Shown here: in pieces, positions 45,001 to 53,334 of the stretch
Position numbering within the stretch: the stretch's first letter is position 1
Layout: every line of letters begins with the position of its first letter
DNA from: a virus
Taxonomy: Duplodnaviria; Caudoviricetes
Length of the DNA: 64,000 nt
Virus record (IMG/VR): IMGVR_UViG_3300042518_000285
Coordinates: 981-64,980 of that record
Reading direction: 5' to 3' (one strand)
Program-made: the position numbers and the translations under genes
Notes under the pieces: generated by a model
What the model was told of the DNA's origin: nothing
What the model saw: only the letters and a program-made list of their open reading frames with translations
The model's database searches: none

Positions 45001-48000
45001 TCGCAAATTAACCGTGAAGCGGTTGCTCAGTTTGCACCGGTTATCGAGAAGCGCATCGCAAGCCTAAAGCTTGAGGAAGAAGAGCGAGAAGCAGCTAGAC
45101 CCAAAGCTGAGCCTACCGAAGGTAGTTTAGATCGACTTGCTGCAATCAAAGCCGCATCTGAAAAAATGTCAGGTGAGGTTGCAGCGACCGGTAAAGAAGC
45201 GGAACGTAATACAAAATCTATTTTAAAAGCTTACGAAAAAAAGTTCGGTAAAAAGTTGTTCCTGCCCGTGCATCGTGGACCTGACTTGTCCGACGCGGGC
45301 CGCGCACTGGTTGAAAGTGGCGACCTAAAAGGTGTTATTGATTACCTCAGAAATTCAGTTAAGAGCAAAGTTGTACAGCAGATTCTTAACAAGATCAAAA
45401 CACTCAACCTTGGCACTAAGATTGTTGTCGGGCCGGTTGAAGGCAATCAGGCTGGCTCTTTCGACCCGCGCACTAACACCATAACCATCAACCCCGAGAT
45501 GGGGATGAACGAGCACACGCTGCTGCATGAACTCATGCACGCTGCCATATCCCATGTGCTACGCAACCCTAACCTGCCAGTCACCAAGCAGCTAACGTCG
45601 TTGTTCACCCAGATCCAGAACCAGATGGGTGCGGCGTACGGTGCCCAAGACTTGCAGGAGTTTGCTGCCGAACTGGTAAGTAACCCTGAGTTCCAAGCTC
45701 TGCTCAAGACCATCAAGACCCCTAAGAGTCAGAACATGTTTGTGCGGTTTATGCAAACACTGGCGGAGTTTTTTGGGTTTGCGAAAGGCACCAACGCCTA
45801 CGACAAAGGCTTGAAGTTGGTCAGCGACGCTATCGATATATCCACAGATATTATTCCTTCCCCTGCCGATGTATTGTTCATGGGCACTCCTAACGGCGCA
45901 GCGATGGGTCTTGGTGTGGTTGGGCGTATTGGGCAGACGATGCCTTCGCTCGCTGGTAGGACTATAGAGGAAACCAAAAACTACTTGTCGAATATGCCGG
46001 GAGATACACAATCCCTCGCAATGGGGCTTCTGCGTTTGGACAACATCAACACCATCTACGGTAAAGAACTACCGTCTCTCCAGAAACTTCTTGATGCATT
46101 GGAGAAACGTAATGGCATGCAGGAAAAGTACATCAAGCGCATCAACGAGAACTATAAGCGCTTTTTGGATGTAGAAAGCCGCCACCCGCAAGCCATGCAG
46201 CGTATGAACGACATGGCGATTGACGCACGACGCGAACAAGTCGATATACTCGACCCAAAGTTTAAGCCAAGCGCGACGCAACTGGCGCAATACAACCGAC
46301 TGAAGAGCGTCTACAACGGACTGCCCGATGATGTTAAAAAAGTCTACAGAGACATCCGTGGTGAATACGATGCGGCTATCAACGAGTACGAAGATATTCT
46401 GCTTAACTCCGTCCAAGACCCGTCGGTACGTCGTAAATTAAAAGCTCAGTATGAAGCACGTAAACGGCAGGTTGGCTATATCCCGTTCCTGCGCCGAGGC
46501 GACTTCTGGGTTGAGTACGATGAGAATGGTGAGCGTGCAGTACAAGCGTTCCAATCTCAACGTGAGCGTCAGATGTTTATCGACAGCCAACTCAAAGGTA
46601 AGTCGTACAAGATTTATAAGAACATAAACGAAGCGACATTCAATCAGAGCACACTGCCTTCCTCGTCGTTTATCGTCGGGTTGATGGGCGAGTTGAACAA
46701 GCAGGGTGCGAGTGACCAGCTCAAGCAGAACGTATATCAGTCATACCTAGCGTTATTCCCAGCCGAGTCTTTGGCAAAGAACTTCATGAAGTCCGAAAAT
46801 TTTCTGGGCATGGAGCGAGACATCGTGCGCGGGTATGGCGAGACGATGATCAAGTGGGCACGCAAGCTGTCATCCAGTAAGTACAACCCTGAGATTGACC
46901 GTGCGTTGAGCGAAATAGCCACACAGGGAAGTGAAGCATCTACCAAGCCTGACGGTGCTGGGGCTTACGCCGCTGCTCAGAATGTAATGGATCAGGCAAG
47001 CTTCCTACATAATCCAACATACGGAAAACTTGTTAGCGCCACCACAACACTTAGCTACTTTGCTCACATCGCGGGTAACGTCTCGTCGGCTCTAATTAAC
47101 TTGACCACGCTTCCGATGTTCTCTTGGTCAATTCTTGGTGCCAAGTTTGGGTTTGATCAGTCTTTCCTTGCTCTGTCGTCAGCTTCCAAAACCACAATCG
47201 ACTATATCTTTAACAATAAGATACCAACTAAGTACGCTAAGTTGTTTGATGTGCTGAATGATCACGCGCAGTTGGAACACACGATGGCCCGTGAGGTGCT
47301 GGAAGGGCGTAGACAAACAACTTCTGAGTTCATCGGTATCAAGGCTCGGATCATGGACGGCGTGTCCATCCCGTTTAGTAAAGCAGAAGTACTTAACAGA
47401 GGCGCAACGGCTATTGCTGCTTACGATCTGGCACGGGCTGGTAGTTCAGCGATGGGTATAAAGCCCATGAACGAACAGGATGCGATCCGCTATGCCTTGA
47501 ACACCGTCAAGGAGATCAACACTTCTGGCCTGTCCGCAACTGCTCCGCGCTTTATGCAGCATCCGGCTGGGCGTGTGTTCTTTACGTTCAAGTCGTTTGT
47601 GTGGAATAGTGCATTCGTGGTGGGTCGTGCCTTTCATCAGGCCGTAAAAGGTGAATCCCCTGCGGTACGCAAAGAAGCCTTCCGGCAACTGATTGGTATC
47701 TATGGCATGGCGATGGCGTTTGCTGGTATCAAAGGTCTGCCGTTCATGGGGGCTGTATCTACACTGGCAACCATTATCAATTCACTGCTTGGTGACGATG
47801 ATGAGCCGTATGACTTCGATGTCATGATGCGTAGCTGGACAGACGAGTTGTTCTACAAAGGTCTGGTCAACTACGCTACCAATCTGGAAATCGCTAATCG
47901 TGTTGGTGTGGCTAACGACCTAATCTTCCGCGATGACCCCAAGGGGGTTGCAGAAAATGGCTACGTATTGACCGCCATACAGCAAGCATTTGGTCCTGCC

Positions 48001-48534
48001 GGGGCATTTGCAGCAAGTGTGGAAGATGGCGCTAAGCAGGTGTCGGAAGGTAATATCGTGCGCGGTATCGAGGCGATGTTGCCTACATTCTTGAAAAATA
48101 TACTCAAGGCGACGCGCTATGCTACCGAAGGTGTCACAAACCGTAAAGGCGAGTTAATTATAGATGACATCTCCAACTACAACGTAGTTATGCAAATCGT
48201 CGGGTTCTCTCCTGCCAACTTGTCTAATGTGTACGAAGAGATTGGCATGAAGAAGGACTTTGAGCGCAAAGTAATGGCACAGCGTAGCAAGCTGCTCAAT
48301 AAGTACGACATGGCACGTCGGGCTGGAGACTCAGATTTGATGACAGAGGCACTAGAAGAGATCGGCGAGTACAACGAGAAGCGCAAAGATCCTAAGGCCA
48401 AGATCACTCAGGACACATTGAATCGATCAGTCAGGGCACGAGAGGCTGCTGAAAGAGATAGCGTCAACGGCGTTCGGTTCAATAAGAACCTAAGAACTGA
48501 GATTGACGATCTGTTGGAAGAGTACGAGGAGTAA
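42010..48534 (+). CDS. Large polyvalent ejection protein (GNAT + zincin + PLxRFG-like region)
   Basis: PGQGAGSELL...FYERRGF (GNAT); LLHELMH...EFAAE (zincin); YIPFLRRGDFWV. Confidence 0.8.
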   Translation: MIINLPKLGPVRFDDNLTEAQLNARVNELAKKYDFKVPTPEFGLGETFTRAVKRGTKQLGILGGDVLPAMVGKGLGFEDYAARQMEEAAVSQQEIARQRPPIFESYKQVESPYQALQFGIEVIGEQIPNIATSLIPGFGLGAVTGRAALTSTGKALATQAAERGLAGEAATAFVAEGMKRAAPQIAAKAQTGQNVGIFLGSYAQNAPEIFQNIVQETGQMEVGTSLLFGAGAAALDSILPAQLARQLTGPMKAGIVEKVLEKSGMDRGILRSTTSGLIKGTAGEGLTEGAQEALSIAAEKFVADNPQVFGSKEWDRIMEASVRGAIAGGGFGVVGGSVERMRERAADLRAQAEQAERERRIEDAARLRKEVEDAEQQIAEMERHVAGRDSEKEQGRLAEMELGPASRLPEEQIRRFEALAAGKPAEFFEPQKTAKRAAESAKNKLGGKQLELFGPEGKLTKEAEKAATADEKRAVNVARQQAKKEAAELKQYQDSLKKFLGAKQLVLPGMSPEEVAAAQKQQAELEEQIKTTGQGDLFTGMPAAPKTTDEEATKALKISPQPKPEEFANSPIEGYTFEIPGAKASLIHDAEKSPNIWKVARLRAAKPGQGAGSELLNKIVDWADENNATLTLIAAADTPEGKKLSQEKLVEFYERRGFEPDEQARRRIEAGVEYNTLVRYPKTKPGQIDTTAPVEEAIAEPTKVEAPTGVEGTIISNTKEGLAALGKQLGIGRTAKILRPDGPLAGKDLSDPAQAAEVRRVLEAYASGKPAEGAASKIEEFLLRPEFEAAPMEVPSEPTAQFDIGRSEPSVPSDITDGAEQLGDRGAGELAEPISTGLGETGPAAGDINVGEEAAGRPLGVKETKDVARAEAATEEAVRQQADFVTKNDERTNNILTGLLREAAAAEGIDPKFLPSEDLRGTPEHSYLRLPSLINEYLRLRDILGIPPTTPAERAQAARNQQEFEIIRDAILQSDPNMPQFLQNMEAATPAQREQVLSQINREAVAQFAPVIEKRIASLKLEEEEREAARPKAEPTEGSLDRLAAIKAASEKMSGEVAATGKEAERNTKSILKAYEKKFGKKLFLPVHRGPDLSDAGRALVESGDLKGVIDYLRNSVKSKVVQQILNKIKTLNLGTKIVVGPVEGNQAGSFDPRTNTITINPEMGMNEHTLLHELMHAAISHVLRNPNLPVTKQLTSLFTQIQNQMGAAYGAQDLQEFAAELVSNPEFQALLKTIKTPKSQNMFVRFMQTLAEFFGFAKGTNAYDKGLKLVSDAIDISTDIIPSPADVLFMGTPNGAAMGLGVVGRIGQTMPSLAGRTIEETKNYLSNMPGDTQSLAMGLLRLDNINTIYGKELPSLQKLLDALEKRNGMQEKYIKRINENYKRFLDVESRHPQAMQRMNDMAIDARREQVDILDPKFKPSATQLAQYNRLKSVYNGLPDDVKKVYRDIRGEYDAAINEYEDILLNSVQDPSVRRKLKAQYEARKRQVGYIPFLRRGDFWVEYDENGERAVQAFQSQRERQMFIDSQLKGKSYKIYKNINEATFNQSTLPSSSFIVGLMGELNKQGASDQLKQNVYQSYLALFPAESLAKNFMKSENFLGMERDIVRGYGETMIKWARKLSSSKYNPEIDRALSEIATQGSEASTKPDGAGAYAAAQNVMDQASFLHNPTYGKLVSATTTLSYFAHIAGNVSSALINLTTLPMFSWSILGAKFGFDQSFLALSSASKTTIDYIFNNKIPTKYAKLFDVLNDHAQLEHTMAREVLEGRRQTTSEFIGIKARIMDGVSIPFSKAEVLNRGATAIAAYDLARAGSSAMGIKPMNEQDAIRYALNTVKEINTSGLSATAPRFMQHPAGRVFFTFKSFVWNSAFVVGRAFHQAVKGESPAVRKEAFRQLIGIYGMAMAFAGIKGLPFMGAVSTLATIINSLLGDDDEPYDFDVMMRSWTDELFYKGLVNYATNLEIANRVGVANDLIFRDDPKGVAENGYVLTAIQQAFGPAGAFAASVEDGAKQVSEGNIVRGIEAMLPTFLKNILKATRYATEGVTNRKGELIIDDISNYNVVMQIVGFSPANLSNVYEEIGMKKDFERKVMAQRSKLLNKYDMARRAGDSDLMTEALEEIGEYNEKRKDPKAKITQDTLNRSVRAREAAERDSVNGVRFNKNLRTEIDDLLEEYEE

Positions 48535-48559
48535 AAAAGACCCCCGGCGTACCGGGGGT
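48533..48559 (-). terminator. Intrinsic terminator between convergent operons
   Basis: Minus strand CCCCCGG-TACG-CCGGGGG-TC-TTTTTT. Confidence 0.85.
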
Positions 48560-48598
48560 TAATTCTTCTCATTGAAATGTGAAGGAGAAGAAGAGTGC
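48533..48598 (-). ncRNA. Candidate ~65-nt anti-RBS small RNA
   Basis: Promoter 48605-48634, predicted +1 G at 48598, 5' GCACUCUUCUUCUCCUU, internal UUCUUCUC/GAGAAGAA stem, ends at the terminator. Confidence 0.55.
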
Positions 48599-48807
48599 GA
48601 GGGCATTATATCCTCAACTCTCCAGACCCGTAAACCGTACTTGCCTCGCTCCACCACTTGTTTACAAATAACTTCGACTTTTAGCCGCTTGGCTTCGGTT
48701 TCTACAAACCGTTGCGTGAGCTTGCGATCCAAACAAGGCACGAAGAACGACGTGCCCGGCTCGAATTTATCCCACTCAATCAATAGTGGCAGTCCCAGTA
48801 TCTTCAT
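48559..48807 (-). CDS. Hypothetical protein
   Basis: 82 aa (G.SFFVP...GLRVWRV), overlaps the primase stop. Confidence 0.7.
   Translation of the reverse strand: MKILGLPLLIEWDKFEPGTSFFVPCLDRKLTQRFVETEAKRLKVEVICKQVVERGKYGLRVWRVEDIMPSHSSSPSHFNEKN
48605..48634 (-). promoter_or_regulatory. Sigma70-type promoter with no downstream ORF before the terminator
   Basis: TTTACG-N18-TATAAT on the minus strand. Confidence 0.55.
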
Positions 48808-51661
48808 CTTTTAGCAACACTGTTTCGCTGAAGTACTCCAGCTTGGACGTATCAAACCAAATAGCACTGACCGGTGCTTGCATGTTGGCAACAGTCCCTG
48901 CGGTCATACGCTTTTTCTTGATGTCCACAAACGCCTTGCTCTTGCGATAAGGGATCAAGGACTCCTCAAAGTTCATGAACAGCTTGGCGCAGTCGTCTCG
49001 ATAGACCTTTGTGACAACAAACAATAGCTTGGTGTCTGGCTCATACCGGATGGTAAGTGCCCCGCGAGGTTCCCGAATTGGGCCAAATTCAACCCCCGTA
49101 CGCTTGTCGCGGTTGCCGTTGATGACCAGAATCTCATGGAAGTGTCGCTGCAAAAACCCACCAAGGAAGTCATCTGCGTCCAGCATAAGCTCTTTGGTGC
49201 GGGTACGAGTCTCCTTGACCAAGTTAACGCCAAAGTCAAACACCGGCTTGATCGGTATGTCGTGCAAACCAAGTGTTTTGGCAATCGCCCCACCTGTTAT
49301 GCTTATTGTGACCATAGCTGACCAGTACCGTTCTGTGTTCGTGATACCAGCAGCCGCATCTACCTTGGCCTCAAACTCTTCTATCTTCTGCATGACCATC
49401 GGAAGTTGGCCTAGTACCGCCTTCGAATACGGCTCGATAGCATGCCCGTAGTTGGATAGCAGCTTGCCAAAATGATTTCTTGACCAGTGCGGATCGTTGT
49501 GCGTATCCGGCTTTACGTTGATCTCCAAGATACGATTCAGTTCACCATCGGGAAAGCCCTTTATGTTCAGCAGCATGTCGGGCACTGACCGGTTGCTCGA
49601 AGTAACCAACCCACTAGAAAACTTGGTGTGGTTTAGTCGTTCAGCGTTCTCGTGCCGACTCATCCGGTTCTTGCCCCGCCCAGAAGTCACGTCATAAATT
49701 TGTTGTGACATGTGATCCGGCTGCATGTTGGTGATCTCGTCCATCGTCACGCAAAGGTTTTGCAGGGTTCCGAACCGCTGCATCCGTGCGTTGTATGTAT
49801 CTTTAGGCGATAGCATTAGCTCTTTGGGTCTGCCGTAGATACTGTTGATAGCGTGTAGGATGGTTGTCTTGCCCGAACCAGACTCACGGCTCATCAGGTT
49901 AACGAGAAACCCATCAAGTGCGCCCTTTGCAACGAATGGCATCAGCAACGTGCCAAACCCCATGAAGAAAGAAAAAGCTCTGCCTTCCATCCCCGGTCTG
50001 CCGTACGCGTTGATGACATCCTTCCAAACATGAAAGTCACCTTTGGGGGTGAACAACGGCACCAGTGGTAGGGTCGGTGCGGATGGGGGGCTGTAACTTA
50101 CTCCTGTTGCTCTGATCTCTCGGTCGCCTACGATGATTGCAGACTGATCATCTACCCAACCAAACTGCTTATGCGCCTTCTCTGCTTGCATTGACATTTG
50201 CAACTCCTCTACCCATTTCGCCACGTACCACATGAGCGTGTCTTGCTGCTTGCTAAGCGCAGCGATGCCGTGTGATGCGATGATTTCTCTGAACTTATCT
50301 TTAGCTAGTGCCGATGCCAAGGGTATGATGAACTCGCGCACTCCATCTTTTGGCAGATGTAGGCGTAGCAGCAAGGTCTCACCCAAGTCGGGGTCGGTCA
50401 TGCGCTTGACTACATAGAAGTCGTACGGATAAACAACTTCATCTATATCGTTACCATCTTTGTCTTTGGTGTGAACGAACACCCCGCCGTTCTTGCCACG
50501 GAAAAACGGGAACGGAAACTTCGGGATGACGTATTCTTTAAGTTCTTTAGTCTGCGCTTCGACACCAATGACGGTGCTTTGTTCTTCCGTAGCCTCGACG
50601 ATCTCTCGCCCCAACTGAATAGGCGACGTGATCTTTTGCTGGCATCCTTCGCAACCTGTGGGATTAAGTTTCTTAAAAGTCTCGCAGGTGTACGGACCTT
50701 TTGTCTCGTTTGCTTTCTTCTCGGTATGCTCGAACGAATACCCCGGATACCCCTTGCTGATAACATGTATTGCTTTGTCGCGGTCTATGCACTGCTGGGC
50801 AATAGATAGACCGGCTCTCCACAACGGCTCCTCGATTGTGGCTTGGTTGTCGTAGATATTGACGATCTGTGCGCAGCCGTTACCCTCAACCGACTTGATC
50901 AGGATTGTCTTGAATCGTGACTGACTCGCACCGATCAAAGCTAGGGTCGTTGCATCAAGTGGTCGCTTGCCAAACTCCTTGGCGACTGTTTCTAGTACAG
51001 CGTCCGATGGCTCTAGCAGTTCCTTTATGCGTTCGTTCGGAACCAGCGGTGCCAGATACAGAATCTCAACCGGTATCGGATTGGTCGGATCTTTCAGGTG
51101 ATTGGTTTCAGGAACGCGCAACACCCGCGCCGCATCTGCTGGCACGGCGTAGTCAATATCAAACTTGTGTGTGGTGCAAAGGCTCTTGAGCTGCTCGGCA
51201 AATGGCTTCCACTCCTCTTTGGTAAGAGGCTCTTCCAGAATCCAGTACACGTGCGCACCGCGCCCAGACCTAAGAATCGTCGGCTTCGGTAGCCCAGTGG
51301 CTTTGCAGAAGTTCTTGAGTGCTACCAACCCATCATCTAGCGTGGCGTAAGGCTTCCCCTCGCCACAATCAAGGTCTAAGAAAAACGACTTGAGCGCAAT
51401 CGCGTTGGTTGCGTAGCGTCCGTTCTTGGTCGCACCGAACTTAGCCAGTGCAAAGAAAGAATTGAACCCGCCGTTTTGCAGATCGTCCGCTTGGCTGCTG
51501 AGAACGTCGATACTGTTCGCAAACCGCTGCCGAACAACGTCTTTGTACTTGTCCTCGCCGTCCTCTTGGACTAGCTCTTTTTTATTACCCCAGTTGCAGT
51601 AGTGCTCACCTTCTTCAAGAGGTGGTAACACCAATGCAAAAAATTCTTTGCGAGAGAGCAT
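48776..51661 (-). CDS. Primase-helicase (AEP/RepB-like N-terminus, DUF927-type helicase)
   Basis: FLDLD, SGRGAHVYW, ARVLRVP, EEPLW..L; Walker A SGSGKTT, Walker B TMDE. Confidence 0.85.
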   Translation of the reverse strand: MLSRKEFFALVLPPLEEGEHYCNWGNKKELVQEDGEDKYKDVVRQRFANSIDVLSSQADDLQNGGFNSFFALAKFGATKNGRYATNAIALKSFFLDLDCGEGKPYATLDDGLVALKNFCKATGLPKPTILRSGRGAHVYWILEEPLTKEEWKPFAEQLKSLCTTHKFDIDYAVPADAARVLRVPETNHLKDPTNPIPVEILYLAPLVPNERIKELLEPSDAVLETVAKEFGKRPLDATTLALIGASQSRFKTILIKSVEGNGCAQIVNIYDNQATIEEPLWRAGLSIAQQCIDRDKAIHVISKGYPGYSFEHTEKKANETKGPYTCETFKKLNPTGCEGCQQKITSPIQLGREIVEATEEQSTVIGVEAQTKELKEYVIPKFPFPFFRGKNGGVFVHTKDKDGNDIDEVVYPYDFYVVKRMTDPDLGETLLLRLHLPKDGVREFIIPLASALAKDKFREIIASHGIAALSKQQDTLMWYVAKWVEELQMSMQAEKAHKQFGWVDDQSAIIVGDREIRATGVSYSPPSAPTLPLVPLFTPKGDFHVWKDVINAYGRPGMEGRAFSFFMGFGTLLMPFVAKGALDGFLVNLMSRESGSGKTTILHAINSIYGRPKELMLSPKDTYNARMQRFGTLQNLCVTMDEITNMQPDHMSQQIYDVTSGRGKNRMSRHENAERLNHTKFSSGLVTSSNRSVPDMLLNIKGFPDGELNRILEINVKPDTHNDPHWSRNHFGKLLSNYGHAIEPYSKAVLGQLPMVMQKIEEFEAKVDAAAGITNTERYWSAMVTISITGGAIAKTLGLHDIPIKPVFDFGVNLVKETRTRTKELMLDADDFLGGFLQRHFHEILVINGNRDKRTGVEFGPIREPRGALTIRYEPDTKLLFVVTKVYRDDCAKLFMNFEESLIPYRKSKAFVDIKKKRMTAGTVANMQAPVSAIWFDTSKLEYFSETVLLKDEDTGTATID

Positions 51662-51662
51662 A

Positions 51663-51745
51663 ACCGTCCTTAACGAACCGTCAAAAGAGGATGGGCAGGG
51701 GCGTGACGGTAACGCCCTCTTCGGTAGCTAACCTAGCCCCCCTAC
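51663..51745 (-). ncRNA. Structured 5' leader of the primase-helicase with loop complementary to its RBS
   Basis: Hairpin GGGCGT-TACCGTC-ACGCCC; GACGGT occurs twice downstream, once within the RBS. Confidence 0.55.
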
Positions 51746-51750
51746 AACTG

Positions 51751-51981
51751 TTAAGCTAACTTTTCAATTAGCTTATTCATGCGGTCAACGTGTTTGCCGG
51801 AGACAACCGCTTTACCTTTGAACCACTTGTAAACGGTCATTCGGCTGACCTTAAAGAAGTCGGCAACATCTGTAACAGGAATGTCGTCTCGTAAACAAAT
51901 CTGTGCCAGTTGTACGCCGAGCAGTTTCTGGTCAGCCCTCCGAATCTCTTCCACGGTTAGTAGTGAGTATCCGGTCGGCAT
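51751..51981 (-). CDS. HTH DNA-binding protein
   Basis: VTDVADFFKVSRMTVYKWFKG; start revised to MPTGYS. Confidence 0.8.
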   Translation of the reverse strand: MPTGYSLLTVEEIRRADQKLLGVQLAQICLRDDIPVTDVADFFKVSRMTVYKWFKGKAVVSGKHVDRMNKLIEKLA

Positions 51982-51982
51982 A

Positions 51983-52882
51983 TTAGTCATCCCACTCGTC
52001 AAGGATTTTGGATAAGTCTTTCTTCTCCGCTGGTGCTTCCTCCTTCTTTGCGGTGCGCTTCACGGGTTCTTCGACTTCTTCTACTTCTACGGCGGCAACT
52101 TCTTTCTTTGGCTTAACCGTTTCAAATTCCAAAGCGTTGGCTTCTGCTACCTTCACACCATCAGTTTCAGCAACGGTCATGGTGATGGCACGTTTCGCAG
52201 CAGCCGATTTACCCTGATCGATTGCAGCCGCATGCTCGTTGGAATCCAGAACACGTACTGGCTTGAATGTCAGTTTCGGTGTGGCGCTGCTAGTATCAAA
52301 GCGCATCTCGGTGACAACCGCTGTAATGGGTACACCCTTGCTACCAATCATCTTGGCGTACGTCTGCAAAGGCCACTTACCAGCTTCGCCAGCACCAAAG
52401 ATAGACGCAGCAGGTAAGGTTAACTGGAAGATGTCACCCTTAACGTCATTGGCTAATACGACAGCCAAGCGTTGACTGTAACGGCAAGCACGGCTTTCAC
52501 CCTGTCCCGAGCCTCTAATGTTTTGTGGGCAGTCGAGGCATCGCTTGGACTGTGGTTCTTTGACTTTTGCGTCTGGCATTTCTCCATCCGCTGACCAGCA
52601 GTCGGGAGCAGTAACCTCGCCACCTTCTGAGTATTGCTTTGCATAAAACGTCCTTGATACTTTCTCTGCCGCTGCGACGATTACAACATTCATCGAACGG
52701 TCTTCGTTCTTGGCTACTTCCTTACCATTCACCATCATGCGCCATACGCCGCCCTTGATGGAAATACGTTTTGATTCTCCGCCACCGCCCCCACCCATCA
52801 GGGCTTTAGTGGTTGCATCTAGCTCCGCATCTTTTAGGTAAGAGGGAAGACCTTGATCCAGCACTGCGAGTTCGTTACTCAT
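51983..52882 (-). CDS. Probable single-stranded DNA-binding protein
   Basis: In the replication module; Cys cluster, acidic tail ending LDEWDD. Confidence 0.55.
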   Translation of the reverse strand: MSNELAVLDQGLPSYLKDAELDATTKALMGGGGGGESKRISIKGGVWRMMVNGKEVAKNEDRSMNVVIVAAAEKVSRTFYAKQYSEGGEVTAPDCWSADGEMPDAKVKEPQSKRCLDCPQNIRGSGQGESRACRYSQRLAVVLANDVKGDIFQLTLPAASIFGAGEAGKWPLQTYAKMIGSKGVPITAVVTEMRFDTSSATPKLTFKPVRVLDSNEHAAAIDQGKSAAAKRAITMTVAETDGVKVAEANALEFETVKPKKEVAAVEVEEVEEPVKRTAKKEEAPAEKKDLSKILDEWDD

Positions 52883-52891
52883 TGCACTCTC

Positions 52892-53275
52892 CTAGCGTTT
52901 AACGATAACAATAGTTTGTGTCACATCCGCGTTCAGCCCCGGCGGATGCACATCGGGGTTTTCTTCAAGGTACTGCTGCATGTTGGCTGTGTTGATGCGT
53001 TGGTAAAGCAAAGACATAACGTCTTTCTCTTTGATGAACTTATAGAACGCATCCCAGTCCGTAGGCCAGAATCGTTTATTAGTCCTTCGAGAGATGGTGC
53101 CGTGCTGAGTGCGTATAGTTGCAGCCCCTTGCTCTTTGCAAATCTCAAGCAACTGATGAGCGACTAACTCTAACTGCTCTTCTAGTTCACGATCTTGCTT
53201 TGCAAGTTCTTTACGCTTCTCACGGATTTTGACATAGACTTTTGCAAGCCTATCAGCATTAACTGTTTCTGACAT
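52892..53275 (-). CDS. Replication-module hypothetical protein
   Basis: 127 aa, SD AAGGAG, own promoter. Confidence 0.75.
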   Translation of the reverse strand: MSETVNADRLAKVYVKIREKRKELAKQDRELEEQLELVAHQLLEICKEQGAATIRTQHGTISRRTNKRFWPTDWDAFYKFIKEKDVMSLLYQRINTANMQQYLEENPDVHPPGLNADVTQTIVIVKR

Positions 53276-53305
53276 CGCACTCTCCTTTTTATGAACTGCT
53301 GACTA

Positions 53306-53334
53306 ATTATGGGCACCGCAGTTTACATTGTCAA
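53306..53334 (-). promoter_or_regulatory. Sigma70-type promoter
   Basis: TTGACA-N17-CATAAT. Confidence 0.75.

Noticed and set aside
51690-51745. tRNA gene
   Set aside because: Multi-stem, but too short and lacks the T-loop GTTC and D-loop consensus
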